This document shows, piece by piece, positions 1-9,726 of a stretch of DNA of 64,000 nucleotides; position 1 is the stretch's first letter; each line of letters opens with the position of its first letter. The stretch comes from Candidatus Gastranaerophilales bacterium. Lineage in GTDB: Bacteria > Cyanobacteriota > Vampirovibrionia > Gastranaerophilales > Gastranaerophilaceae. The translations under genes were made by a program, and so were the position numbers. The notes beneath the pieces are model-generated. The model ran no database searches. It saw only the letters and a list, made by a program, of their open reading frames with translations, and was not told the origin of the DNA. The stretch lies in NCBI GenBank assembly GCA_947589115.1, contig CANPZP010000003.1, forward strand, positions 355 to 64,354. The letters run 5' to 3'.

Positions 1-524
1 ATAAGTGTTAAATTAGAACCAAGCTGTTCAATAATTACTCCTGCCGTTTGAGAGCTGACTGACAGGTCTTTTTCTTTTGCAATATTAATAATAATCGGTA
101 TTAATTCTTTTTGATATGTCTTATACTGCGCAAATTCTCTTGAAGATGAATACTTAGAAATTACTTTAAAAAATTTTTTTCTTGAATCAGGCTTTTTGTT
201 TTCATCTCTTGGAATTTTACAAACAAAAATAAGATTAACATTGGGATTAACACATCCGAGTGCATCAGAAAACGCATCAATTTGTTTATCATCAAGACTC
301 AATTTATTCCCGATTAAATATTTATCAATGTTGATAACACTAAGCGTATTACCAAACATCAAAGGCGAAGATTGAACACATTCCATAATAGTATTAAACG
401 AAGGATTGTCAAAAACCTTGTAAGACATGGAAATAAATGAAGCATCAAGAAGCTCATTTTTAAGCTTCTTGATTTCTTTTTCCATTAAATATTCTTCTTG
501 TCCGTAAAATAAAAATATAGCCAT
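1..524 (-). CDS. holA: DNA polymerase III delta subunit, N-terminal part (runs off window edge)
   Basis: Manual translation from ATG at 522-524 gives MAIFLFYGQEEYLMEKEIKKLKNELLDASFISMSYKVFDN..., open to position 1. The pattern matches HolA N-termini. It starts 4 nt after the glk stop. It is absent from the ORF track because the window truncates it. Confidence 0.55.
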   Translation of the reverse strand, partial: MAIFLFYGQEEYLMEKEIKKLKNELLDASFISMSYKVFDNPSFNTIMECVQSSPLMFGNTLSVINIDKYLIGNKLSLDDKQIDAFSDALGCVNPNVNLIFVCKIPRDENKKPDSRKKFFKVISKYSSSREFAQYKTYQKELIPIIINIAKEKDLSVSSQTAGVIIEQLGSNLTL

Positions 525-527
525 AAA

Positions 528-1490
528 TTAATTATCAATCAGCAAACTGGCGCCTATAACTCCGGCAGTATTCCCGAGTTCTGCATGAACTACCTGAACG
601 GCATCACGCTGAATAGGCATGGTACGTTTTTTTAATGTTTCAATAACGGGATTAAATAATAAATCTCCGGCATCGGCTACACCGCCTCCGATAACCACTT
701 TTTCAGGATTTAATAAATTAACAACACTGGCAAGTCCTATTCCTATATATTCGCCTATAATTTCAAATATTTTCTTTGCAACAACATCACCTTGTTTAGC
801 TGCTTCGGCAACAATATAAGGCGTAATATCAGGATTTGCAAGTTCTCTGAATTTGGTGGATTTTCCGCCTTTAATATACTCTTCCGCCAAAGCAACAATC
901 CCTGGGCCTGAAGCAAAAGCCTCTAAACATCCGGTATCACCGCAGCCGCAAATAGGGCCATCCTTCATTTGAAGCTTAATATGACCGAGTTCGCCTGCGG
1001 CATTACTTGCACCTCTGACTAATTTCCCGTTTATTATCAAACCTGAACCAATACCCGTTCCTACCGTGATACATATCAAATTTTGTGCGCCCCTTCCTGC
1101 TCCGAAATTTAATTCGGCTAAAGCTGCACATCTCACGTCATTATCTACTTTCACGGGAATTGAAAATTCATTTGAAACTATATCCGCAATAGGGATATTA
1201 ACCCACCCGGGAATATTCGGCGCCAATCTGACAATACCGTTATCACAGTCAATCTGCCCCGGGAATCCGAATCCAATCCCTTCTATTAAAGATTTATCAA
1301 CTTTTGATTCCTTCATTAAATTCTGAATGGCTTTAATTATATTCGAAATAGTATACTCATAACCCATCTCAGCTCGTGTAGGCACGGTATCTGAATATAC
1401 TATACTTCCTGATTTATCAACCAGCGCAACTTTTACATTCGTTCCGCCAACATCTACACCAATTTTATACTTCTTAGGTATTATCGACAT
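528..1490 (-). CDS. glk: ROK-family glucokinase
   Basis: N-terminal IGVDVGGTNVKVALVD ATP-binding motif, ROK signature and zinc Cys cluster PICGCGDTGCLEAF; 320 aa. Confidence 0.85.
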   Translation of the reverse strand: MSIIPKKYKIGVDVGGTNVKVALVDKSGSIVYSDTVPTRAEMGYEYTISNIIKAIQNLMKESKVDKSLIEGIGFGFPGQIDCDNGIVRLAPNIPGWVNIPIADIVSNEFSIPVKVDNDVRCAALAELNFGAGRGAQNLICITVGTGIGSGLIINGKLVRGASNAAGELGHIKLQMKDGPICGCGDTGCLEAFASGPGIVALAEEYIKGGKSTKFRELANPDITPYIVAEAAKQGDVVAKKIFEIIGEYIGIGLASVVNLLNPEKVVIGGGVADAGDLLFNPVIETLKKRTMPIQRDAVQVVHAELGNTAGVIGASLLIDN

Positions 1491-1622
1491 CTCAACTCCT
1501 TTTTATAAGACTATTTACATTTGTTCCCTGAAAACAGAATTTTTTCTGCCGTATACTTCAAATTAATATACAAAATGATAGCATAAAAATGCTATCATCT
1601 CATTTTTTTATTTTTACACTTT

Positions 1623-2370
1623 TTAAATTTTGTAAGGATAATCGCTTTTTATTTCCCATCCGTCATTCATTATTACATCAAGGCAATAATCAGAATTTGA
1701 TTTTGCTTTTTTTATAAGTTCTTCCCTTGTATAAGTTTCACTATCACTTATTAATGCACCTGCTAATAATACTTTGGGATTCTCTTTTAAATTAAGATAA
1801 AATTTAAATCTGTCACTGCCAATTCTATTCGGGCCTTTTGCTCCGTTTACATCAACGGTAAAATAAAAATTATTTGGTTTATCATCTGTTGAAGGATTTG
1901 CTGAGGAAGAAGAAGTGTACATTTCAGATATAGCAATAATTTGTGAACCGTCATTAAATTCAAGTAAAATATCGCAAAATGAAGTATCGTTATTACCGGT
2001 ACAAGGGGATTTATAATTCAAGGGTAAATACTTATCAAGATAATTATGAAATATAAATAAAGCACTATATTTAACACTATATTCGTCATAATGAACATAA
2101 TGTACAATATCAGCATTACCCCATGTATTGCCCCATTCTGAGATTGGTGCGCCTTGCTCTGTTTCGGCAAGTTTTATTGCCTGAGTAACGGAAGAGTATA
2201 TTTTCTTAAGTCTAGATGCGGTTTCAGTCCTTTTATGATTATGCATTACCACGGGAACTGTAATTACGGCTATAATTCCTATAACGACAAGAGTTATTAA
2301 TACCTCAGCTAAAGTAAAAGCAATTGTTTTTCCGCCACGGGGGGGGGTAGATTTGATGATTATTTTCCAT
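1623..2370 (-). CDS. Prepilin-type (type IV pilin-like/pseudopilin) protein, frameshifted at a G9 run
   Basis: The ORF-track protein carries FTVDVNGAKGPNRIGSDRFKFY, typical of pilin-like proteins. The frame stays open upstream to 2381 and encodes KTIAFTLAEVLITLVVIGIIAVITVP (prepilin cleavage/methylation motif plus hydrophobic helix). That stretch has no start codon. The only ATG (2368-2370, AAGGAG 7 nt upstream) lies in another frame. Confidence 0.7.
2339..2347. repeat. G9 (C9 on coding strand) homopolymer inside the 5' end of the pilin-like gene
   Basis: Counted directly: ...ccacggggggggggtag... has 9 consecutive G. A length of 8 or 11 would join the ATG at 2370 to the pilin frame. Confidence 0.9.
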
Positions 2371-2524
2371 ATTCCTTCTCCTTATTTCCTTCATAACTTC
2401 TTATTTTATCATCTATTAAGCTTTTATGCAAGAATAATTAAAAAAGAGAGAATATTTTTGCAAATTTTAATGTACATACTTGACTCTTATTTATGCTTAA
2501 GATAGACTAATAAATGTCAGGTAA

Positions 2525-2600
2525 GGTCCCATCGTCTAGAGGCCTAGGACACATCCCTTTCACGGATGCGACAGGGGTTCAAATCCCCTTGGGACTACCA
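2525..2600 (+). tRNA. tRNA-Glu (anticodon UUC), CCA encoded
   Basis: GGTCCCATCGTCTAGAGG...; anticodon arm CATCC/CTTTCAC/GGATG; T-arm GGGGTTCAAATCCCC; acceptor pairs with TGGGACT, then A-CCA. Confidence 0.9.
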
Positions 2601-2609
2601 TTAAATATA

Positions 2610-2634
2610 AAGAGTCTTTATGGCTCTTTTTTTA
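2610..2634 (+). terminator. Rho-independent terminator after tRNA-Glu
   Basis: Stem AGAGTC / GGCTCT followed by T7. Confidence 0.5.
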
Positions 2635-2725
2635 TTACCTAAATATAACAAGAATAGTGCAATTTAAAAAAACAGGTTGACTATAAAAAATGTTCTTGGT
2701 ATGGTATTAAAGAAGTGTATGAAAT

Positions 2726-2801
2726 GCGCTTGTAGCTCAGTAGGTAGAGCACTCCCCTTTTAAGGGATAGGTCGCGCGTTCGAATCGCGCCAAGCGCACC
2801 A
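2726..2801 (+). tRNA. tRNA-Lys (anticodon UUU), CCA encoded
   Basis: GCGCTTGTAGCTCAGTAGGTAGAGC...; anticodon loop CTTTTAA; T-arm GCGCGTTCGAATCGCGC; acceptor CAAGCGC, then A-CCA. Confidence 0.9.
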
Positions 2802-2804
2802 TTT

Positions 2805-2832
2805 AAAAAAGCTCCGTTTAGGAGCTTTTTTT
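2805..2832. terminator. Bidirectional rho-independent terminator (tRNA-Lys / oxidoreductase operon)
   Basis: AAAAAAGCTCC-GTTTA-GGAGCTTTTTTT; the stem is flanked by an A-run and a T-run. Confidence 0.7.
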
Positions 2833-2852
2833 GTAATTTTATTTATTCTCAA

Positions 2853-3389
2853 TTAATTAACGGAATCATATCCCGTATCAAGTGCTTTTATATTACCTTC
2901 TAACATTTGTGCTTTTTTACCCGTCAATTTTTTATACATGGTTTTTACTATACTTTCTTTTTTAACAACGGGAAAAGCTTTAATAAAAGCACCTAAAGAA
3001 ACTATATTAGCCATTTTTTCGTTTCCCGAATTATGTGCTATATCAGTCATAGGAACAAATTTATAAGTAATATCATTTCTTTTTGGGGCAGCTTTTACCA
3101 AAGAAGAATTAACAACCATGATTCCGCCCGGTTTTATTTTACTTTCAAAACGTTCAAAAGATGGAGCGTTAAGTGCAATAACATTTTCAGGCTTATCAAT
3201 ATATGAACAAGCCACTTCATCATCTGACATACAAACGGTGCAGTTAACCGTTCCGCCTCTCATCTCAGCGCCATATGCAGGTGACCAAGTAACATTAAGC
3301 CCTTCAGCCATACATGCACTTGCCAATAATTGTCCGATAAATAAAACCCCCTGACCGCCAAATCCGGCTATTAATACATTTGAATCCAT
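2853..3389 (-). CDS. 2-oxoacid:ferredoxin oxidoreductase, gamma subunit
   Basis: N-terminal IAGFGGQGVLFIGQLLA motif typical of gamma subunits; last gene of a 4-gene delta-alpha-beta-gamma operon. Confidence 0.85.
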   Translation of the reverse strand: MDSNVLIAGFGGQGVLFIGQLLASACMAEGLNVTWSPAYGAEMRGGTVNCTVCMSDDEVACSYIDKPENVIALNAPSFERFESKIKPGGIMVVNSSLVKAAPKRNDITYKFVPMTDIAHNSGNEKMANIVSLGAFIKAFPVVKKESIVKTMYKKLTGKKAQMLEGNIKALDTGYDSVN

Positions 3390-4144
3390 TATACCGCCTC
3401 ACTGACTTTATCTTTATATACACCGGGTTTAAATACCTCGGACATTTCACCTCTAACTCTGGCATGTGATTCTTGCGGAGTCATTTTCCAATTAGTAGGG
3501 CAAGTTGCAAGGATTTCGACAAAACCTGTGCCTAAACCCTTTAATTGAGCTTCAAAAGCTTTTTTTATACATTTTTTAGCATTTAAAATAGATTGATAAC
3601 TATCAAGTGTAACTCTTGCCACATAGGCTGTTCCGTCAACCTCTTTTAGAATTTCACAAATTTTCAAAGGATACCCCGATAATTCAGGTTTACGTCCTTT
3701 TGTTGTGGTGGTAGTTATTTGACCTATTAAAGTTGTAGGCCCTGCTTGACCGCCCGTCATACCGTATGTTGTATTATTAATACAAATAGCCGTAACATTT
3801 TCACCTCTTGTCATGGCATGTATAGTTTCCGCAAGCCCTATAGAAGCAAGGTCGCCGTCACCTTGATATGTAAATACCACTTTATCAGGCTTTGAACGTT
3901 TAATTCCGGTTGCAACAGCCAGCGAACGTCCGTGCGCCGATTCAACAATATCCACATTAAAAAAGTCATATGAAAATACGCTGCATCCTACAGATGCAAT
4001 ACCTATTGTTTTTTCTCTGACCCCCAATTCATCCAAGACTTCCGCCACAAGTCTGACTGCAACACCGTGGTCACAGCCGGGGCAAAATGTTATTTTAAAA
4101 TCATCTCTTATTGATTCGGGTTTTTTATATACAAGCTGTTCCAT
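3389..4144 (-). CDS. 2-oxoacid:ferredoxin oxidoreductase, beta (TPP-binding) subunit
   Basis: FCPGCDHG Cys motif and GDGD TPP-binding motif (TYQGDGDLASIG). Start chosen at MEQLVYKK; it overlaps the alpha stop by about 20 nt. Confidence 0.85.
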   Translation of the reverse strand: MEQLVYKKPESIRDDFKITFCPGCDHGVAVRLVAEVLDELGVREKTIGIASVGCSVFSYDFFNVDIVESAHGRSLAVATGIKRSKPDKVVFTYQGDGDLASIGLAETIHAMTRGENVTAICINNTTYGMTGGQAGPTTLIGQITTTTTKGRKPELSGYPLKICEILKEVDGTAYVARVTLDSYQSILNAKKCIKKAFEAQLKGLGTGFVEILATCPTNWKMTPQESHARVRGEMSEVFKPGVYKDKVSEAV

Positions 4145-5222
4145 AATTTTTCTCAACAATCTTCTTATAAACGTTTTCGATTTGTTTATATATTTCTTCC
4201 ACGGTCATCATAACTCCGGCAGGTCTGCCGTAAAATTCAATAGGAATAGAAGCAACACCCGCAATACTTGCTTTAATATCCTGAAGCATTTGTCCGCAAT
4301 TGAGTTCAATATCTAATATCCCGTCAACTTTCTGAGCAATTTCAGCAACTATTTTTTCAGGGAACGGATTTAAAAGTATGGGTCTGAATAAACCTACTTT
4401 AAGCCCGTTTTTTCTTGCCATTTTTACTGCAGCCTTAGCTATTCTGGCAATACTTCCGAAAGCGGTTATTACTAATTTTGCACCGTCAATTTCATATTTT
4501 TCGAAAATATTTTCATTTTCTAAAATACGATTATATTTTTCAAAAATTTTAACAACTCTTGTTTTTAATGTTTCCTGATCACGTTCGATAGATGCAATAT
4601 GCCTTGGCTCTCTATCCTTAGCACCGTCAAGAGCCCAAGAAGATTGGTCTATTTCTTCGTAAGGATACTCTCCGACAACAGCCGGCTCCATCATTTGACC
4701 TAACATGCCATCGGCTAACAGACAAACGGGAGTTCTGTATTTTTGAGATACATAAAAACATTTATAAGTTAAGTCAATACATTCTTGTACACTGTTTGGA
4801 GCATAGGTAACAATTTTATAATCACCGTTGCCTCCGCCCTTTGTTGCCTGTAAATAATCACCCTGTGAAGGATAAATATAGCCCAGCCCCGGGCCTGCTC
4901 TCATAACACTTACCAAAACACAAGGAATTTCATCACCCGCAATAAATGATAAACCTTCCTGCATTAATGATACAGCACATGAAGAGGATGAAGTCATGGC
5001 TTTAACACCCGTTGAACCGGCTCCTAATAACATATTTATGGCAGCAACTTCACTTTCGGCAGCAACAAAAGCCCTCCCCATTTCCGGCATCTTTGTACTC
5101 AAATATTCTCCGATTTCACTCTGCGGAGTAATCGGATAACCGAAATAACTTTGGCATCCTGCTTCAATTGCAGCTTGAGCTATAGCATAATTACCTTTTA
5201 AGAGTTCCTTTTCATTTTTCAT
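4125..5222 (-). CDS. 2-oxoacid:ferredoxin oxidoreductase, alpha subunit
   Basis: LLKGNYAIAQAAIEAGCQSYFGYPITPQSEI is a typical alpha N-terminus. Start chosen at MKNEKELL. Confidence 0.85.
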   Translation of the reverse strand: MKNEKELLKGNYAIAQAAIEAGCQSYFGYPITPQSEIGEYLSTKMPEMGRAFVAAESEVAAINMLLGAGSTGVKAMTSSSSCAVSLMQEGLSFIAGDEIPCVLVSVMRAGPGLGYIYPSQGDYLQATKGGGNGDYKIVTYAPNSVQECIDLTYKCFYVSQKYRTPVCLLADGMLGQMMEPAVVGEYPYEEIDQSSWALDGAKDREPRHIASIERDQETLKTRVVKIFEKYNRILENENIFEKYEIDGAKLVITAFGSIARIAKAAVKMARKNGLKVGLFRPILLNPFPEKIVAEIAQKVDGILDIELNCGQMLQDIKASIAGVASIPIEFYGRPAGVMMTVEEIYKQIENVYKKIVEKNYGTACI

Positions 5223-5424
5223 AATATACCTTTTCAATAGCTATATCAGGGCAAACCTTTGCGCAAATAGCGCAGCCTATACATTCTTTTTCACTGTTAA
5301 CTTTTGCAGGATAATATCCCATTTCATTAACGGCTGAATCTGCCTCCAATACTTTTTTGGGGCATGCATCTATACATAAATAACAAGCTTTACATTTATC
5401 TCTGTTTAGAACTATTCTTCCCAT
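5212..5424 (-). CDS. 2-oxoacid:ferredoxin oxidoreductase, delta subunit (2x[4Fe-4S] ferredoxin)
   Basis: Two CxxCxxCxxxCP motifs (CKACYLCIDACP, CIGCAICAKVCP) in 70 aa; first gene of the operon. Confidence 0.85.
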   Translation of the reverse strand: MGRIVLNRDKCKACYLCIDACPKKVLEADSAVNEMGYYPAKVNSEKECIGCAICAKVCPDIAIEKVYYEK

Positions 5425-5679
5425 AAGAATTTATCCGTTCTTTTTTTATCTTATACTATGTTACCACTGATATATTATTTTTGATACTACTAATTTGTTT
5501 AATATTAATAAATTATACGGATAATAGAAAAATTATAAATAAATTTATTAAGATAAATTAAATCAAACTTAATCTTTATGCACCTTACAAGCAAATTTTG
5601 CAGTCAGTATAAAGTTCTTTAATTTGTCCATAAATATTCTTTATGTTATGATTAAATGTAAAGGGGAGATTAAGAGGCA

Positions 5680-6627
5680 GTGCCAAGAAAAAAGTGTATC
5701 GAAATTGTTTTGGATGTCGAAACTACAGGTTTAGACCATACTAAAGAAAAAATGGTTGAATTTGCCGCTATAAGGTTAGAAAACGGCAAAATGAAAGACA
5801 GATTTGAAACTTTAATTAATCCCGAACAACACATAAGGAAATCAAGTATTGCAGTTCACGGGATTACGGAAGATGATGTTAAGGACGCACCGACAGAAAA
5901 AGAAGTCATGCCTTTAATCCTTGATTTTATAGGTGATTATCCTATTGTTGCACATAACGTTATTTTTGATTACTCGTTTATAAATGAAGCAAGTATAAGA
6001 CAAACAGGAAAACCCATCACTAATCCGAGGATTGATTCTCAGATGATGTTTAAAGAAATTTATCCCGATTTGGAATCTTGCGGATTAGAAAGTTTAATGA
6101 ATAAATTTAACGTTGAATTTTCAACACGTCATAGAGCAATGGCAGATACTGAAGGACTTGCAAAAGCCTATCCCGAATTAAAAAAACTTTATGAAAAAAA
6201 ATACGCTTGGCAAATACAACAAATTCAAAATATAGATTACCTTTTTGAAAGATACCTTAGAATCCAACAGGCGGTTCAAACTATGCAGTCAGAAATGCAG
6301 GATTTAAAATCTATTTTCCGTCTTTACTTTGAAAAAGGCGGAACTCCGATTCAATCACCTACGGGCGAAGTTCTTTCATATCAATCAAAACAAGCGTATG
6401 CCTATGATTTTATGGAAATAAAAGATGTATTGGATGAAATCGGCGCTCTGCCAAAAGCAATAAAGCTTAATAATAATTTTATTGACAGATTAATTGCCTC
6501 GGGAAGCATTAGTAAAGAAGTTAAAGAAAAACTCTCACTTGCAAGACAGCAGCTTTCCGAAACAAGAAACATACATATAGCTAAATATAACTCTGACAGA
6601 TTTAACCAGTTAAAAGAGCATGTCTAA
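5680..6627 (+). CDS. DnaQ/DEDDh-family 3'-5' exonuclease with about 140-aa C-terminal extension
   Basis: Exo motifs LDVETTGLD, HNVIFDYSFI and HRAMADT; GTG start with GGGGAG RBS. Confidence 0.75.
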   Translation: MPRKKCIEIVLDVETTGLDHTKEKMVEFAAIRLENGKMKDRFETLINPEQHIRKSSIAVHGITEDDVKDAPTEKEVMPLILDFIGDYPIVAHNVIFDYSFINEASIRQTGKPITNPRIDSQMMFKEIYPDLESCGLESLMNKFNVEFSTRHRAMADTEGLAKAYPELKKLYEKKYAWQIQQIQNIDYLFERYLRIQQAVQTMQSEMQDLKSIFRLYFEKGGTPIQSPTGEVLSYQSKQAYAYDFMEIKDVLDEIGALPKAIKLNNNFIDRLIASGSISKEVKEKLSLARQQLSETRNIHIAKYNSDRFNQLKEHV

Positions 6628-7374
6628 TTAATTATCACCTGTTGCGATTTTCTTACCCCAATTTGAGTATTGAAGTGCCAGCCCTGACAAATCGCAGTCT
6701 CCGCCTACTTGTTTAATACTTGAAATATCGCTAACTGATGATAAAGAAAGATCAAGATCACCGCCGACAGTTTCCAGTTTCGGAATATCCCGTAACAAAG
6801 ATTTTCTGAAAATCATATTTCCGTCTACTTGCCTCAAATTCGGCAAGCTTTGTATTTGTGCTTTACGTCCGTATATACTGCCTGCATGCTCAAGTGCATC
6901 CAGTTTTGCCGGTGAATCTTCAATATTCAGAGTTCCTCCTATTTTTTTTAACTTTGGAAATTCATATTCATATTGGCAAAAATCAAGGAGAGCATTACCT
7001 CCTATTTCTTCCAAATTAGAATAATCATATTGGTTACGTGTAAATATACCACAATACCTATAGGGATATTTAAGATATGCATCTCCTTTAACAATTTTTA
7101 TATTCCCTAAGATTTGATTTACGTCATCTAAACTTCCTGCATTCCAATCTTTTGTTGAATTTAATCCGGTTAATTTTGAAACAATAAATTTTCCGTCCTT
7201 ATCTACTTCGCATTCAATCCCGTTTTCATTAAGAATTTTTATCATTTCTTTTTGAGATAAACCTTTTTTAGCTGAAAAACTTATACTGTCAGATTGAACA
7301 GGTTTATTTAAAATTTTTACATTATTATTAACCGAAATTGGTTTTAATGTTTGTGATATTGACGATATCCTCAT
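6628..7374 (-). CDS. Hypothetical protein with about 20-aa LRR-like repeats
   Basis: Repeats LEEIGGNALLDF / LKKIGGTLNIED / LRQVDGNMIFRK / LETVGGDLDLSL / IKQVGGDCDLSG; no signal peptide. Confidence 0.6.
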   Translation of the reverse strand: MRISSISQTLKPISVNNNVKILNKPVQSDSISFSAKKGLSQKEMIKILNENGIECEVDKDGKFIVSKLTGLNSTKDWNAGSLDDVNQILGNIKIVKGDAYLKYPYRYCGIFTRNQYDYSNLEEIGGNALLDFCQYEYEFPKLKKIGGTLNIEDSPAKLDALEHAGSIYGRKAQIQSLPNLRQVDGNMIFRKSLLRDIPKLETVGGDLDLSLSSVSDISSIKQVGGDCDLSGLALQYSNWGKKIATGDN

Positions 7375-7528
7375 ATTTTTCTCCTTAGACCGGCTGTTTA
7401 TTATTTTTAAAAATCCTAAATATTTTTTTTGATACTAAGATTAAAAATTATTAAGAAAGACAAAGAGAAAATAACAAGTGGCAAATTAGCATGGTTATGT
7501 TAAAATTTTGTATATCGGAGGAAGAAAC

Positions 7529-7810
7529 ATGATAAGTAAAGAAGATGTAAGACACGTAGCAAAACTTGCAAGACTTGAATTAACCGAAGAAGAAACAGAA
7601 AAATATTCAAAACAACTTGGTGAAATATTAAAATACGTAGAACAAATGAATGAAATAGATACAACAGATGTAGAACCCATGCCTCATGCAATACCCGTAT
7701 ACAATGTAATGAGGGAGGATGTTGTAAAATATGAACAAACTAAAGAAGAAATGATGGCAAATGCACCGTTTGAAGAGGACGGTTTTTTCAGAGTACCGAA
7801 AATTGTATAA
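7529..7810 (+). CDS. gatC: Asp/Glu-tRNA amidotransferase subunit C
   Basis: ISKEDVRHVAKLARLELTEEE...; start set at the ATG after a GGAGG RBS. Confidence 0.85.
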   Translation: MISKEDVRHVAKLARLELTEEETEKYSKQLGEILKYVEQMNEIDTTDVEPMPHAIPVYNVMREDVVKYEQTKEEMMANAPFEEDGFFRVPKIV

Positions 7811-7836
7811 ATTATTGACAAAAGAATAGAGGGATT

Positions 7837-9465
7837 ATGAGTACTAAATATATATTTGTAACAGGCGGAGTTGTATCATCATTAGGCAAAGGTATAGTTG
7901 CAGCTTCTTTAGGCAGACTGTTAAAAGCAAGAGGATTTAGTGTAGTTATACAAAAATTTGACCCCTACATTAATGTTGACCCCGGAACAATGAGCCCGTT
8001 TCAACACGGAGAAGTATTTGTAACAGATGACGGTGCTGAAACAGATTTGGATTTAGGACACTATGAAAGATTTACAGATACAAATTTAGGTCATATTAAT
8101 AACGTAACATCAGGAAGCATCTATCAAACCGTTATAAATAAAGAAAGAAGAGGAGATTACCTCGGAGCTACCGTTCAGACTATACCTCATATTACAAATG
8201 AAATAAAATCAAGAATAAAAAAAGCAACATCACAATTTAAACCAGATTTCATAATTGCAGAAATAGGCGGAACAATAGGTGATATAGAAAGCTTGCCTTT
8301 TATTGAATCAATAAGACAATTCAGGTCGGAAATAGGCTTCGGCAACAGTTTATCAATACATGTAACACTACTTCCTTATTTACCTACATCAGGTGAGTTA
8401 AAAACAAAACCATCGCAGCACAGTGTTACCAATTTAAGAAGTTACGGTATACAACCTGAAATCTTGGTATGCAGAACATCAAAACCCATACCTAAGAAAG
8501 AAAAAGAAAAATTAGCATTATTCTGCTCAGTGCCAAAAGATGCGGTTATAGAATGCCGAGATATGAAAAGTATATATGAAGTACCCTTGGCGCTTGAAGA
8601 ACAAAATCTTGCAAGAGTTGTATTGCAAAGACTTTTTATGCAGGATGTCCCGCCTAACCTCGAATCTTGGAAAAATCTTGTCTATAAAATAAAAAATCCC
8701 AAAAAAACATTTAAAGTTGCAATAGCCGGAAAATATACAAAATTATCAGATGCTTATATTTCAGTAGTTGAATCTTTAAAGCATGCCGGATACCAAAACG
8801 ATGCACAAATAGATATTAAATGGATAAATTCCGAAGATTGCATAGACTATGAAAAAGCAAAAGAAGCATTAAGCGATACGGATGCATTAGTTGTTCCGGG
8901 AGGATTCGGAATAAGAGGGATTGAAGGAAAATTAAATGTAATAAGGTATGCAAGAGAAAATAATCTACCGTTTTTAGGATTATGTCTTGGAATGCAATGT
9001 GCAGTTATAGAATATGCAAGAAATGTTGCAGGAATGAAAGATGCCAATTCAATGGAATTTAATGAAAATACTCCATATCCCGTTATAGACCTAATGTTAG
9101 AGCAAAAGAACATAGAAGGATATGGTGGCACGATGAGATTAGGTAAATTTGAGTGCCGAATCCAACCGAATACAAAAGCTTATGAAGCATACGGAACAAA
9201 CATTGTATTTGAACGCCACAGACACAGATACGAAGTAAATAATGAATACAGAAAACAAATTTCGGATAAAGGGATGGTATTTTCGGGATTATCACCTGAC
9301 GGAATGTTATGCGAAATAGTTGAATTACCTGAAAACGATTGGTTCGTTGCATGCCAGTTCCATCCGGAATTTAAGTCACGCCCTGAAAATCCGCACCCTC
9401 TTTTTGCCGGATTAATTAACACCGTTAATAAAAGATATGAATCTAAAATGCTTTCAGGTGTTTAA
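7837..9465 (+). CDS. pyrG: CTP synthase
   Basis: [16 protein letters not shown]-terminus; glutaminase domain GLCLGMQ and HRHRYE. Confidence 0.95.
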   Translation: MSTKYIFVTGGVVSSLGKGIVAASLGRLLKARGFSVVIQKFDPYINVDPGTMSPFQHGEVFVTDDGAETDLDLGHYERFTDTNLGHINNVTSGSIYQTVINKERRGDYLGATVQTIPHITNEIKSRIKKATSQFKPDFIIAEIGGTIGDIESLPFIESIRQFRSEIGFGNSLSIHVTLLPYLPTSGELKTKPSQHSVTNLRSYGIQPEILVCRTSKPIPKKEKEKLALFCSVPKDAVIECRDMKSIYEVPLALEEQNLARVVLQRLFMQDVPPNLESWKNLVYKIKNPKKTFKVAIAGKYTKLSDAYISVVESLKHAGYQNDAQIDIKWINSEDCIDYEKAKEALSDTDALVVPGGFGIRGIEGKLNVIRYARENNLPFLGLCLGMQCAVIEYARNVAGMKDANSMEFNENTPYPVIDLMLEQKNIEGYGGTMRLGKFECRIQPNTKAYEAYGTNIVFERHRHRYEVNNEYRKQISDKGMVFSGLSPDGMLCEIVELPENDWFVACQFHPEFKSRPENPHPLFAGLINTVNKRYESKMLSGV

Positions 9466-9489
9466 TTTTTCATAAAACTTCATATTATA

Positions 9490-9548
9490 AAAATTGAGTA
9501 AAATTTTATTATTTTGTTAAAAAAAATATATTTTACTCAATTTTTTTT
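9490..9548 (+). terminator. Long AT-rich hairpin plus T-run after pyrG
   Basis: Perfect 15-bp inverted repeat AAAATTGAGTAAAAT (9490-9504) / ATTTTACTCAATTTT (9530-9544), then a T-run. Confidence 0.4.
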
Positions 9549-9726
9549 AAATATTTATTAAAAAAATACCTAAAAAATCAAAAAAATTATTAAAAAATTT
9601 ATTTTTTTTAAAAAAATATAAAAAAATTCGGCACAAAATAAAGTGTATAAAATACAACTATGATTTTAATTTTTTTCATGTTTGATATACAATGTTAAAG
9701 CTAAGTAAATAAAAAGGAATAAAAAG

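Noticed and set aside
619-1326. Antisense shadow ORFs inside well-supported genes. Examples: 619-819, 1066-1326, 3118-3354, 4378-4578, 8847-9422, 10509-10796, 11532-11996, 18058-18432, 20469-20735, 25878-26282, 35062-36292, 45906-46130, 47265-47519, 54895-55357 and 59017-60105.
   Set aside because: Each lies within and opposite a gene with clear family motifs. They have low-complexity translations and no independent start signals.
9466-9726. Looked for a T-box or other riboswitch upstream of glyQ, and likewise upstream of hom at 29288-29477.
   Set aside because: I saw no T-box consensus, specifier hairpin or terminator/antiterminator pair. The spacer is almost pure A/T.
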